From Longimicrobiales bacterium (GTDB lineage: Bacteria; Gemmatimonadota; Gemmatimonadetes; Longimicrobiales; Gaopeijiaceae), in contig OZ220732.1 in the NCBI GenBank assembly GCA_965116905.1, positions 576,001-640,000 of the forward strand: a stretch of 64,000 bases of DNA, written 5' to 3'. The notes under the pieces are model-generated. The model saw only the letters and a program-made list of their open reading frames with translations. It had not been told where the DNA came from and did no database searches. Position numbers and translations under genes: made by a program. Shown piece after piece: positions 47,535-57,673 of this stretch (position 1 is its first letter; each line of letters begins with the position of its first letter).

Positions 47535-48134
47535 ATGCCAAGCCGCGTTTCCCAGCCTCGGACGGACGACCTAGACGAGACTGGACAGGACGATTTCGAG
47601 CAGCGGATGGCTGGCGTATCGCGTCTTCCGGGGCGTGACCGCCTGGTCGAGGAAACGGTCGTCAGGTCACGTCAAGGCGCGGCTGTGCACGAGCCCGGGG
47701 CCTTCGGAAAACGCGCAGGGGAGGCGGGTTCGGCAAGACAGGGGTCCCGCATCGAGATCGGCTCGGTCGCCGGGCTCAACCGACGTCAAGCCGACGCGTT
47801 GCGTGGTGGCGAGATAGCGATCGGCGCCCAGTTGGACCTGCATGGCTTCTCGCGCAAGGAGGCCGGCGGCAAGGTGGCGGCATTCCTGGCCCGGTCCACC
47901 CGACGCGGCCTCCGCTGCGTCCTCGTCATTACCGGGCAGGGCAGGCGCGATCCGCTGGCCAAGGCGCGGGGCGTGCTGCGCGGCGGACTCGAACGGTGGT
48001 TGAACGAGCCCGCAACCCGCCCGCTGGTGCTGGCGTGCGTGCCCGCGCAGCGCAGACACGGGGGCCAGGGGGCTTTCTACGTGCTGCTGCGCCGGCGTCG
48101 CAGTGCGGATTCCCGTGGGGTCGTGCGGACGTAA
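47535..48134 (+). CDS. Smr domain protein (Smr/MutS2 C-terminal-like endonuclease)
   Basis: AGGAG RBS; LDLHG, CVLVITGQG, HGGQGAFYVLL. Confidence 0.88.
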   Translation: MPSRVSQPRTDDLDETGQDDFEQRMAGVSRLPGRDRLVEETVVRSRQGAAVHEPGAFGKRAGEAGSARQGSRIEIGSVAGLNRRQADALRGGEIAIGAQLDLHGFSRKEAGGKVAAFLARSTRRGLRCVLVITGQGRRDPLAKARGVLRGGLERWLNEPATRPLVLACVPAQRRHGGQGAFYVLLRRRRSADSRGVVRT

Positions 48135-48221
48135 CGAGCCAGCACGTGCCCGTCGTCCATCACCTAGATGTCGTTGACTAAGGGCCTGACTAACTCGCCT
48201 TCGGTGCCTACATAGTCATGA

Positions 48222-49394
48222 TCACGGCTCGCCAATGGGCCTCACGAAAACCACGCGCCAACCCCTGACGTCGTCCCGGCGAATGGCGACAGCACCCCCG
48301 TCATGGATCTGTTTCAACTCCAGATCCGGGTCCGCGATCCACGTTCGCACGAGATTGCCCTCGATGGTCCAGGCCCTCCAAACGACTCTGCCACCTTTGC
48401 CGGTGCTCCCGACCCAGAGGTTGCCAGCATTGTCGAGCAGAAAACTCGACAGGGCGGGCAGGCGATCGGGTGCCTGAACTGCCTCCAAGATGGACTTGCG
48501 AACGCTGGCGACCGGAAGGCCGTGGCGCGTCGAGAGGCTCTCGACTATGTCGCCAGTTCGTTCAAGCACATCATCATCCGACGCGGGATCTGTTTCGACG
48601 CCCACGGCAGTGCTACCCAGCTCGTTCCCGGTGTCGTCGTACAGGACGAATCGGAGTTCCGAGCCGTCAGGCCCCTCCAGTTCGTCCGCGGTTGCGAAGT
48701 AGCGGCCGTCTGGACTGAGTGCCGTTCGCGTGAAGTTCGCCAGAGGATTCAGGAAGACGAACCCCCTTCCGTTTGGCAGCGCCGCGTCCGCTGAGACTCG
48801 CCGGTGGCGAGCTTCTCCGAGCGAGTCCAGGATCTGGCCGTCCGTGCCGACGAGGAATATGGGCTTGGGCTCCGGGGTCGATCTCGAGGTGGTCCGAGGG
48901 GCCGCCACCGTGAGGCCCGAGCGCAGGTATCCGACGGGACCGTACCTGGCGGCAGCTGAACGCGGGACGGTGGTATTGCCTCGGAGGTACCGCCCATCGG
49001 TGGCCATAAGAGACACACGCGGCGATCCCAGGCCCTCCACGACCACGAGGGTATCGCCCCGCCACGCCACCTGTGGCACGGACCCGAATTCTCCGGGCCC
49101 TTCGCCACGGCGCCCCACGACCTGCCTCCTGCCCCGCGCGTCAAACACCCAGATCTCACCGAGGCCGGATTGTGACACTGCCAGGACACCCGCCGAACTC
49201 AGCGCAACGTCAACAATGAGCCCGAACGAATCAGCGCCGTCCGTGGTGCCCAAGGAGTCGATGGCGAACAGAGGTTCCGCGGCATCGACGGAGCCGGGCA
49301 GCGCCCCCGGCGCTGTATCGCCACCACCACAGCCGAGCGCAACCGCCGCAACCGTCACGACAACCCATCCCCGGACCCAGGATCTCACGCTCAT
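48222..49394 (-). CDS. 6-bladed beta-propeller (NHL-like) lipoprotein
   Basis: Lipobox ALGC; VGRRGEGPGEF; LDNAGNLWV. Confidence 0.82.
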   Translation of the reverse strand: MSVRSWVRGWVVVTVAAVALGCGGGDTAPGALPGSVDAAEPLFAIDSLGTTDGADSFGLIVDVALSSAGVLAVSQSGLGEIWVFDARGRRQVVGRRGEGPGEFGSVPQVAWRGDTLVVVEGLGSPRVSLMATDGRYLRGNTTVPRSAAARYGPVGYLRSGLTVAAPRTTSRSTPEPKPIFLVGTDGQILDSLGEARHRRVSADAALPNGRGFVFLNPLANFTRTALSPDGRYFATADELEGPDGSELRFVLYDDTGNELGSTAVGVETDPASDDDVLERTGDIVESLSTRHGLPVASVRKSILEAVQAPDRLPALSSFLLDNAGNLWVGSTGKGGRVVWRAWTIEGNLVRTWIADPDLELKQIHDGGAVAIRRDDVRGWRVVFVRPIGEP

Positions 49395-49481
49395 CCACCT
49401 GTATACACAAATGTCGGGGATGGGGTCCTACCCCCCGGATTCAGGATCTCATACGCTGAAACTGGCCGTAGGTGTTTCCCC

Positions 49482-50656
49482 CTACGGACGCACTATCGTG
49501 GCGCGCACGAGGAAGGGCACATCGAGAATCCCTGGAGTGACCGCGATGATCGTGTCACCGACAAGCGCAGGTACATTGCGACGCGGAAGACCAAATCCCA
49601 GATCAACGCTGCCCAGGAAATGGCCTTCCGGGCTGAACACATCCACGAGGCTTGGATCCTCTCCGACCTCTTCAATGATCCCGACCAGGATGTGGCCGTC
49701 GTCCATCACATAGAGTTCGTTGACCAATGGTCGGACCAATTCGACATCCTGTCTGGAGATGCCCCCTTCCGCCAAGCCGTCCGCAATTGCCTTACGGTCC
49801 GCCCGATCGAACGTCGATTCCCGATGTGAGGTCTCGACTATCCTGATCGTGTCGCCGCTTGAAGTAGTCTGAATCAGGCGAAGCCGACCGGTTGACGCAG
49901 ACCAGACGGTGCCGTCGGGAGCCAGGCTCCATCGCAGTCGCGGTATGTAGTGATTGCCGATGAAACGAAGCGACTCCTGACGCGGCCGGATGACGTTTCG
50001 GAATCCCCTAGAAAGTTCAGGCTTCGGCAGACCGCCATCGTGTAGACGACGTGTCCCATCGTGTCCACGCGCACGAATATGACCATCGGGAGCCCCCGCG
50101 CGGTGGCGGTTTCGTCAATGAGAATGCCGACACGCTCCACAACGAGCGGATGCTGGATACGATTGACGGACCGAACCGGTCTCGGCACAGACCGTTGGAA
50201 CGTTCCTGTCGAGTCAAAGACGTGATACCGTCCGTTCAGTCCGTCCGCTACCCAGAGCCGATCCGCACCATCCCAAGCCAGAGCATGCGGACCTCGAAAC
50301 TCGCCAGGGCCCTCCCCAGAACCACCGAAACTCCTCACGAAATCACCGTCCGCGCTGAAGACCAGTACGCGGGTTGCTCGATATTCCAAGACGAAGATTT
50401 GACCGTTGGGTCCAAGTGTCACGCTGTTGTTTCGCGGAGCCGCTACCGCTTCGTCCGCACTATCCCAGACGCTTCCCACCCTGAATTCCTCGACTAGCTG
50501 CCATTGCTCCGACTCTCGCCAAAGGCCGGTCGGCCCGTTTCGGACCACCACGACCCCGCCCATGGTGTCCACCTCCGGCAGCACAATGGCTGGAGTGTCC
50601 GGGGCACTCCCACAGGCTGCCGTCAGTAATGTGAGGGCAACGCATTGGTGCGTCAT
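49482..50656 (-). pseudogene. Frameshifted 6-bladed beta-propeller lipoprotein
   Basis: 5' frame (lipobox TAAC, FGGSGEGPGEF) shifts near 50031-50040 into a second open frame (LPKPELSRG...WSLAPDGTVW...LDVPFLVRATIVRP*). Confidence 0.8.
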
Positions 50657-50726
50657 GAACGGCTGGCCAGTGCGCTTCAAGGGTTGATCGCGAACTTTCT
50701 GTGTCGTTCGAAGAATGATCGTCCCC

Positions 50727-52613
50727 CTACCCCCCCGGATTCACCAGCACCGTCACATGCGTCGGATGCTCCGCTGACCGATAAACCCGCTTCGTCGCCT
50801 TCGCAAAATCCCCCTCCACCGCCTCGAAGATATTCGGCACCCACGTCTGCGGATTCCTGCCGATCACCGGGAACCACGTACTCTGCACCTGGACCATGAT
50901 CCGATGACCCGTCTGGAAGCGGTGGTCGCGGTCCCGCAGGCTGATCGTGTACGGGGTGATCTCATTCGGGACGACCGGCTCGGGCTCGCGGAAGCTGTTG
51001 CGGAAGCGCGCGCGGAAGACTTCGCCGGCCACCATGTACTGGTAGCCCCGCAGCGCCGGATTGGGGTGATCGTCGGGGTAGACGTCGATCAGCTTGACGA
51101 TCCAGTCGGCCCCGCTGCCGCTGGTCGAGGCGTAGAGATGGGCAACAATGTCGCCGGTGATCGCGAACCCCTCCTCCAGCGGCTCCGACTCCCAGGTCAG
51201 CACGTCCGGCCGGCCATCCACGAAGCGCTGGTCCTCGGCCTGCCAGTAGTGCCAGCGATCGTAGTGGATCGGCCGGTACTGGAACGGGACCGGATTGTCG
51301 GGGTCGGAGACGTACTCGTCGTAGGCGGTGTCGTCGCCCTCCGAGGCCGGCGGCGGGTCGAACGAGACCACGCCGTCGGCGCGCAGATAAACGTTCCTCG
51401 GCACCATCCCTTCGGCGGGCCAGCTGTCGTACTGCTTCCACTCGTTGGAGCCGGTCTGGAAGGTGATCGCCTCGGCGGCGGGCAGCGAGCCCTTGTCCTT
51501 CAGCCAGTAGGCGAACCACGGGGCGTGGATCTCGTCGCGGAAATACCGGGCGGTCTCGCTCTCCAGATCGAAGTCGAGCACCTGCCGGCCGGCCTCCTCG
51601 AAGGTCCAGCCGCCGTGCCGCCAGGGGCCGAGCACGAGGAAGTTCTCGTTGTCGTCGTCGTCCTCCTCGAGCTGCTTGTAGACCTCGATGGGGCCGTAGA
51701 AGTCCTCGGCGTCCCACCAGCCCGTGACATGAAGCGCCGGCACGGTCATGCCCTGCAGATACGGGAAGACGCCGCACATCTCCGTCTCCCAGTACTCGTC
51801 CATGTTGGGATGGGCCACGTAGTCGTTCCACATGCGCGAGTTGCCGTCGAGCATCTCGGTGACCCGCGAGAGCGGGCCCATCTCCAGGTAGCGCGTGTAC
51901 TTGTCCCAGGCGCCCTCGGGGGGCCACAGCTCGGGCGGCATCTCGAACCGTACGGCCGCCTCGTACGCGTAGCTGAACCGAAAGGCGCCGTTGTGGTGGA
52001 AGTCGTCGCCGATGAACATGTCGGCGCAGCTCGCCTGCGGTGAGACCGCGGCCAGCGCGGGGTGGGGGTCGACCATCGCGCGCGTGGCCAGGAAGCCGCC
52101 GTACGAGATGCCCCACGTGCCGACGCGGCCGTTGTTGCCGGGCACGTTGTTCACCAGCCACTCGATCGTGTCGTAGAAGTCGGTGGACTCGTCGGTGCCG
52201 TCCACGTCGCCGGGCTTGCGGTTGGGGCGCAGCGTCACGAATTCGCCCTCGGACTCGTAGCGCCCGCGCAGGTCCTGCAGCACGAAGATGTAGCCCTCAT
52301 CGAAGAACTCTTCGTACCAGTCCAGCCGGATCGAGTACTCCTGCTCCTGCGGGTTGGCGTAGTACGGAGTGCGCTCCAGCATGATCGGAAGCGGCTCGGC
52401 GTGGCCCCGCGGGATGTAGATCTCGGTGTGCAGGCGCACGCCGTCGCGCATGGGCACCATGACGTCCCACTTGGGCTCGAAGATGGCGGCCAGGTCGAGG
52501 TCGGCGCGGTCCTCGTAGCCGTACCGCGTCATGACCTCTTCCTGGGCCAGGGCGGGGGCAGGCGCGGCCAGCAGGGCGGCGGCAGCCAGGAGCCCGGCCG
52601 CCGCCAGGCGCAT
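50727..52613 (-). CDS. Secreted CocE/NonD hydrolase (alpha-amino-acid ester hydrolase / glutaryl-7-ACA acylase-like)
   Basis: VPMRDGVRL, RTPY, GISYGG, GDDFHHNGAFR, GWWDAED, GPWRHG, QSTWFP. Confidence 0.9.
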   Translation of the reverse strand: MRLAAAGLLAAAALLAAPAPALAQEEVMTRYGYEDRADLDLAAIFEPKWDVMVPMRDGVRLHTEIYIPRGHAEPLPIMLERTPYYANPQEQEYSIRLDWYEEFFDEGYIFVLQDLRGRYESEGEFVTLRPNRKPGDVDGTDESTDFYDTIEWLVNNVPGNNGRVGTWGISYGGFLATRAMVDPHPALAAVSPQASCADMFIGDDFHHNGAFRFSYAYEAAVRFEMPPELWPPEGAWDKYTRYLEMGPLSRVTEMLDGNSRMWNDYVAHPNMDEYWETEMCGVFPYLQGMTVPALHVTGWWDAEDFYGPIEVYKQLEEDDDDNENFLVLGPWRHGGWTFEEAGRQVLDFDLESETARYFRDEIHAPWFAYWLKDKGSLPAAEAITFQTGSNEWKQYDSWPAEGMVPRNVYLRADGVVSFDPPPASEGDDTAYDEYVSDPDNPVPFQYRPIHYDRWHYWQAEDQRFVDGRPDVLTWESEPLEEGFAITGDIVAHLYASTSGSGADWIVKLIDVYPDDHPNPALRGYQYMVAGEVFRARFRNSFREPEPVVPNEITPYTISLRDRDHRFQTGHRIMVQVQSTWFPVIGRNPQTWVPNIFEAVEGDFAKATKRVYRSAEHPTHVTVLVNPGG

Positions 52614-52616
52614 GTG

Positions 52617-52638
52617 TGAGTATATGAGTATATGAGTA
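52617..52638. repeat. 8-bp AT-rich tandem repeat in the short divergent intergenic region
   Basis: tgagtata-tgagtata-tgagta, 3 nt from the CocE start codon. Confidence 0.85.
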
Positions 52639-52702
52639 GGCATTGGAGATGCTGCCGTAGGTGTGTACACTGACTTGGATACCAATCGACAAGGAGCATC
52701 CC

Positions 52703-54124
52703 ATGACACGCAAGTTGCGGATCGCCGCAATCACGCTAACGACCGCGCCGCTCAGCCTGGCCATCGGAGCCTGCCAGCCCGACACCCCCAGCGAGCCCAC
52801 CTACAGGCAAACCGCTGCGGCAGAGGCAGACTTCCGCCTCAGATCCGACGTCGAAGCCGCCCTCCCCGCCCGTGCGGACGCCTTCGCGGCCGACCCCGAC
52901 GATGAAGACGCGCGACACGCCTACGCCGACATCCTCTTCAAGCTCGGCAACATGTGGGAGGCCGACGAAGTCATCGCACCCCTCGCCGACCCCTCCTCGT
53001 CCAACGTCGACGACCTCCAACTCGCCGCCCGCCTGGCCTACGTCCTCGGCCACTACACGCGCGCCGAGGCCCTCTACGACCGGCTGATGGACCTCACCGA
53101 AGACGGCTCCGAGGCCCACGCCGACGCCACGCGGGGCCTGGCCCTCACCTGGTACCAGACCAACCAGTTCGCCAAGGCGCCCGAGCTCCCGGCACCCGAG
53201 GACAGCGAGGGCATATCGAGCCTCATCGCTTTCATGCAGGCGTTTGAGGGCGAACCCTACGGCATCGAATGGACCACCGACGAGCGCATCTCGCACCTCC
53301 CGATGACCAACGACATCACGCAGCCTGGCGCCCTTCCCATCGTCGACCTCGAAGTCAACGGCCAGACCGTCTCGCTCATCCTCGACACCGGCGGCGACCG
53401 CCTCTACCTCGACAAGGGCATCTACGCGAGCCTCGGCCTCACCACCCTCACCAACCGCGAGGCCCGCTACGCCTACACCGGCGGCGCAACGGTCGAAGAG
53501 CCGCTCGGAGTCGCCGAAGCGGTCACCATGGGCGACGTCACCCTCACCAACGTCCCCGTCGTCGGCGCCACCTGGAAGGAACTCGGCCAGACCAGCGACG
53601 GCGTCCTCACCACGCAGCTGCTCAAGCAGTTCCTGAGCACGATGGACTACGACAACCGCCGCATCACCCTCCGCGAGCGCACCCCGGAAGCCCTCGCCCA
53701 GGTTATGACAAACTTTGCCAACCCGCCCCTCGAGGCGCCCTTCTTCATGACAACCACGCACCTCATGTTCGCGAAGGGCGACCTGAACGGCCACGAGATC
53801 AACTACTTCCTGGACTCCGGGCTGGCCATGAGCATGCCCATGATCGTGGTGGACGAAACGGTCGAACTCCTCGGTCTCGAGACCAACGACATCGAAGGCA
53901 CCCCCTACTACTGGACCGCCATCGAGTCCCACGGCCTCAACGGACTCGTGAAAGGCGCCACGCAGGCCATGGGCAACGTCTTCGTCGAGCAGGACTTCTT
54001 CTGGCAGGCCGGCTTCATGGCGGACGCCCTCATGTCCCACCAGTACCTCTGGCCCCTGGGCTCCTGGACGATCGACTTCGACAACATGACCTACTACTTC
54101 CCGGCCCCGGAGTCGGAGGAGTGA
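52703..54124 (+). CDS. Lipoprotein with TPR-like helices and two retropepsin-like aspartyl protease domains
   Basis: AAGGAG RBS; lipobox IGAC; ILDTGG and FLDSGL motifs. Confidence 0.82.
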   Translation: MTRKLRIAAITLTTAPLSLAIGACQPDTPSEPTYRQTAAAEADFRLRSDVEAALPARADAFAADPDDEDARHAYADILFKLGNMWEADEVIAPLADPSSSNVDDLQLAARLAYVLGHYTRAEALYDRLMDLTEDGSEAHADATRGLALTWYQTNQFAKAPELPAPEDSEGISSLIAFMQAFEGEPYGIEWTTDERISHLPMTNDITQPGALPIVDLEVNGQTVSLILDTGGDRLYLDKGIYASLGLTTLTNREARYAYTGGATVEEPLGVAEAVTMGDVTLTNVPVVGATWKELGQTSDGVLTTQLLKQFLSTMDYDNRRITLRERTPEALAQVMTNFANPPLEAPFFMTTTHLMFAKGDLNGHEINYFLDSGLAMSMPMIVVDETVELLGLETNDIEGTPYYWTAIESHGLNGLVKGATQAMGNVFVEQDFFWQAGFMADALMSHQYLWPLGSWTIDFDNMTYYFPAPESEE

Positions 54125-55278
54125 GAGTCGCGGCCTCCCTGTTGCTCGTGTCCTCCGCGTCGCTTGCGTTGCCCCCGGCCCCCGCAGCTGCCCAGTCCCT
54201 CCGCCCCTTCCCCCCGCCCTTCGAGATCCGCGTGCCCGTCCCGCCCGGCCCGCTCGTCTCCGGAGACACCCGCTACTTCGTCTACGAGCTCCTGATCACG
54301 AGCTTCCTGCCCGCCCCGGCGCAGGTGAGCCGAGTCGAGATCTTCGCCGAATCGGCAGAGGGACAGCGCCTGCTGGAGTACTCCGGCGAGGAGCTGGGCG
54401 CGAACATGCTTCCGCCGTTCGAGCAGGAGGACGATCCAGTCGCGCAGCGAACCATCGGGCCCAGGTCACACGGCGTGGTGTACGTGATGCTGCCCCTGCC
54501 GGCATCGACCGCCACCCCGCGGCAGTTCTTCCACCGCGTGTGGTTCGACCTTCCCGCGGGCGACTCCACCGAGGCCGACTACGTGGCCCTGGAGACGCCG
54601 ATCCACGAGGGCTCCGTGATCGAGATCGGGCCGCCGCTCCGGGGCGGACCCTGGGCGGTGTTCAACGGTCCCTCCAACGACTCCGGGCACCGCCGAATGC
54701 CGCTTCAACTCTTCGGACGCTCGGCGTTCGCGCAGCGGTACGCGATCGACTACATGCTGGTCGACGCCGAGGGTCGCGCCAGCCCGGTGGAGGGCGGCGA
54801 CAACGACACCTATCCGGGCTACGGCGAAGAAGTGATCGCCGTGGCGCATGGGGTGATCTCCTCGGTGCTCGACGGCGTCCCGGAGAACCGTCCCGGAGAG
54901 ACCTCCCGCCCCGCTGACTTCAACCTGTCCACCGCCATCGGCAACCACGTCATTCTGAACATCGGAGAGGGCCGCTACGCGCTGTACGCCCACCTTCTGC
55001 CCGGGAGCGTGCCGGTCCAGGTCGGCCAGCAGGTGCGGCGCGGCCACGTGCTCGGCCAGGTCGGCAACTCCGGCAACTCGGGAGGCCCGCACCTGCACTT
55101 CCACATCACCGACGAGAACGTGCCGCTCGGTGCGGAAGGGTTGCCGTTCGTGCACGACGCCTTCGACCTGCTGGGCTTCTGCCGCCAGGGACCAGCCGGA
55201 CCATGCGAGATGCACGAGCCCGAGACGCGGCGAGGCGAGACGCCGATGCGGGATCAGCTGATTCGGTTTCCAGAATAG
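54121..55278 (+). CDS. Secreted M23 family metallopeptidase
   Basis: GTGA overlap; signal peptide; GNHVIL, YAHL, GNSGNSGGPHLHF. Confidence 0.88.
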   Translation: MRVAASLLLVSSASLALPPAPAAAQSLRPFPPPFEIRVPVPPGPLVSGDTRYFVYELLITSFLPAPAQVSRVEIFAESAEGQRLLEYSGEELGANMLPPFEQEDDPVAQRTIGPRSHGVVYVMLPLPASTATPRQFFHRVWFDLPAGDSTEADYVALETPIHEGSVIEIGPPLRGGPWAVFNGPSNDSGHRRMPLQLFGRSAFAQRYAIDYMLVDAEGRASPVEGGDNDTYPGYGEEVIAVAHGVISSVLDGVPENRPGETSRPADFNLSTAIGNHVILNIGEGRYALYAHLLPGSVPVQVGQQVRRGHVLGQVGNSGNSGGPHLHFHITDENVPLGAEGLPFVHDAFDLLGFCRQGPAGPCEMHEPETRRGETPMRDQLIRFPE

Positions 55279-55295
55279 CGAGGAGCGATTCTTCC

Positions 55296-57527
55296 ATGAA
55301 TCACACACGCAAGCTCGCGCCCGGCGCAGTCCTGCTGGCGGTCGCCGCCACGAGCGCGACGCACGTCGCCGCCCAGGTCACCATCCACCGCGACCCCTGG
55401 GGCGTCCCCCACATCATCGCCGACACCGAGGAGGCCGGGTTCTACGGTCTCGGGTACGCCCAGGCCGAAGATCAACTTAAGTTCATCTTGAACATGTTTC
55501 TCGCGGGGCGCGGCGAGCTTGCGGCGGCATTCGGGGACGAACCGACCTCCGGTATCGGCGGCCCGCCCACCGCGAACGCGATCCCCACGGACATCCAGTC
55601 CCGCATTTGGCGACACGTCGAGGAGGCGCAGGCTGGATTTGAGCGGCTGAGCCCGCAGCTGCAACAGAACTACATCCACTACATCGCGGGCATGGAAGCC
55701 TGGATGGCCGAGCACCCGGACGACACCCCGGACTGGGCGCCCGACCTCGAACCCTGGGACCCGGTGGTGCTGTCGCGCTTCGTGCTCTGGCCCGGCTACC
55801 AGGCCGGACAGGGTCTGCAGGACTGCGCGCGCGGCGGCGTCCAACTCGCGGCCGCCGACCGAGACGCCCTCGCCCGAGCCGACCGGAACGCGTCCAACGA
55901 GTGGGTCCTGGCGCCGTGGCGCACCCGCGACAACGCCATGATCGTGCTCAGCGACCCGCACGGCGGGATCGACGGCGCCTTCACGTACGAGTCGCGCATG
56001 CACGCGGGCGATCTCCACGCGGCGGGCTACTCGCTCGGCCCCCTCCTGATCCTCACGCACACCCGCGACGTGTCCTGGGGGATGACCACCGGCGCCCCCG
56101 ATGTCGCCGACTGCTACGAGGTCGCGGTCGATCCCGCCGACTCGCTCCGCTACCGCTACGACCGTGAGTGGCGCCGGATGGAGACGCACGACGTCACGAT
56201 CGAGGTCCGGGGCGGCGACCCGGTCACGCGCACCTTCGCCTACACCCGCCACAACGACGTCATGTCCCCCGTCGTGGCCCGGCAGGACGGCAAGGCCTAC
56301 GTCGTGAGCACGTCGTACATGCACACCGCCGGCGACTTCGACCAGGAGGTCTACGAGATCAACCACGCGACCAACATCGCCGAGGTGAAGCTGGCCATGC
56401 GGCGGCTGGGCATGTTCCCCCAGAACCTCATGTTCGGCGACCGCCACGGCGACTCGTGGTACGTCCGCGCGGGCCGCACGCCGATGCGCCCCGACGGCCA
56501 CGACTGGAACCGGCCCGTGCCCGGCAACACGTCGGCGACCGCGTGGCTCGGCATTCACCCGCTGGGGGATCTTGTCCAGCTCGAGACCCCCGCCGCGGGC
56601 TACATGCAGAACAACAACATCGCGCCCGACGTCATGCTCGAGGACAGCCCGCTCACCGCCGACCGTTACCCGTCGTACATCTACAACGACACGCCGGGGC
56701 GCCGGAACTCGCGTGGCGTGCGCGCCGTTGATGTCCTCTCGGGTGCGTGGGACTTCACCTTCGACGACGCCGTCGAACTCTCACTCGACGAGATGTGGAT
56801 CGGAACCACGGCCTGGCAGGAAGCGCTGCGGCGGGCCCTTAACGCCGACCTCGACCGGGTTCAGGCCGCCTCGCCCCAGGTCCGCACCCTCGCGGCCCGC
56901 ATCCTCGGCTTCGACGGCCATGCCCGCCAGGAGTCCCGCGCCGCGCATGCCTACCTCGTCTGGCGCGAGCAGGTCTTCGCCCTCCCCGACCTCGACGACG
57001 CCGCCCGCGCGATCCTCACCGACCCGCTCTGGGAGAAGGACCCCGTCCCCACAGCGCTGCTCCCGCGCCTTCTCGACGCCCTCGACGCCACCGCCGCGTT
57101 CATGCTCGACACCTACGGCTCGATCGACCGCACCCTCGGCGACGTCTTCCGCATCGGCCGCGGCGGCCGCACCTGGCCTCTCGGCGGCCTCTCGATCGTG
57201 CCGCCCGCCGGCGGTGGGGTAGGCTGCGCGCTCGACCTCTCCTGCATCTTCACGCTGCGCGCCATGAGCACGTTCAGCCCGCCCGACTCGCTGGGCCTGC
57301 GCCATGTCGAGATCGGCTCGCGGCTCCTGCGCCTGGTACAGTTCACCGATCCCATCCGGTCGTACACGCTTCACAATTACGGCCAGAGCGAGAACCCCGA
57401 CTCGCCCTACTACGTCGACCAGGCCCGGCTCACGAGCGAGCGGCGCCTCAAGCCGACCTACTTCGTCACCGCGGAGCTCATGAACCATGTGGTCTCGACC
57501 AAAGTTGTGGACGTCATCGTGCCCTGA
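55296..57527 (+). CDS. Penicillin acylase family (S45, Ntn hydrolase)
   Basis: GAGGAG RBS; IHRDPWGVPHI, GYAQAED, A|SNEWV, DPH, YGQS..PDSP.Y.DQA. Confidence 0.92.
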   Translation: MNHTRKLAPGAVLLAVAATSATHVAAQVTIHRDPWGVPHIIADTEEAGFYGLGYAQAEDQLKFILNMFLAGRGELAAAFGDEPTSGIGGPPTANAIPTDIQSRIWRHVEEAQAGFERLSPQLQQNYIHYIAGMEAWMAEHPDDTPDWAPDLEPWDPVVLSRFVLWPGYQAGQGLQDCARGGVQLAAADRDALARADRNASNEWVLAPWRTRDNAMIVLSDPHGGIDGAFTYESRMHAGDLHAAGYSLGPLLILTHTRDVSWGMTTGAPDVADCYEVAVDPADSLRYRYDREWRRMETHDVTIEVRGGDPVTRTFAYTRHNDVMSPVVARQDGKAYVVSTSYMHTAGDFDQEVYEINHATNIAEVKLAMRRLGMFPQNLMFGDRHGDSWYVRAGRTPMRPDGHDWNRPVPGNTSATAWLGIHPLGDLVQLETPAAGYMQNNNIAPDVMLEDSPLTADRYPSYIYNDTPGRRNSRGVRAVDVLSGAWDFTFDDAVELSLDEMWIGTTAWQEALRRALNADLDRVQAASPQVRTLAARILGFDGHARQESRAAHAYLVWREQVFALPDLDDAARAILTDPLWEKDPVPTALLPRLLDALDATAAFMLDTYGSIDRTLGDVFRIGRGGRTWPLGGLSIVPPAGGGVGCALDLSCIFTLRAMSTFSPPDSLGLRHVEIGSRLLRLVQFTDPIRSYTLHNYGQSENPDSPYYVDQARLTSERRLKPTYFVTAELMNHVVSTKVVDVIVP

Positions 57528-57636
57528 GGCGGGCGCGGGGTAAGCGGACCGGCGTCGAGTCGGCGAGAACGGGCGGACGGACGGGGCCGAGTGGGCGGGC
57601 GGCGTCGAGTGGGCAGACCGGGGGCGCCCATACGAG

Positions 57637-57673
57637 CATGCCGGTGTCCCTGGATTTGCCGCGGAAACGTGGG
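57637..57673. repeat. Left inverted repeat
   Basis: catgccggtgtccctggatttgccgcggaaacgtggg; weaker similarity extends outward to ~57616. Confidence 0.93.

Noticed and set aside
48174..48194. gttgactaagg shared with 15087-15097, and possible attC-like ends
   Set aside because: An 11-bp match is compatible with chance; there is no proper RYYYAAC/GTTRRRY pairing and no integron integrase.
1390..56558. Many long antisense or alternate-frame ORFs (e.g. 1390-3276 +, 23322-25430 +, 45051-46832 +, 55254-56558 -)
   Set aside because: Shadow ORFs expected in high-GC DNA; they overlap well-supported genes and lack motifs.
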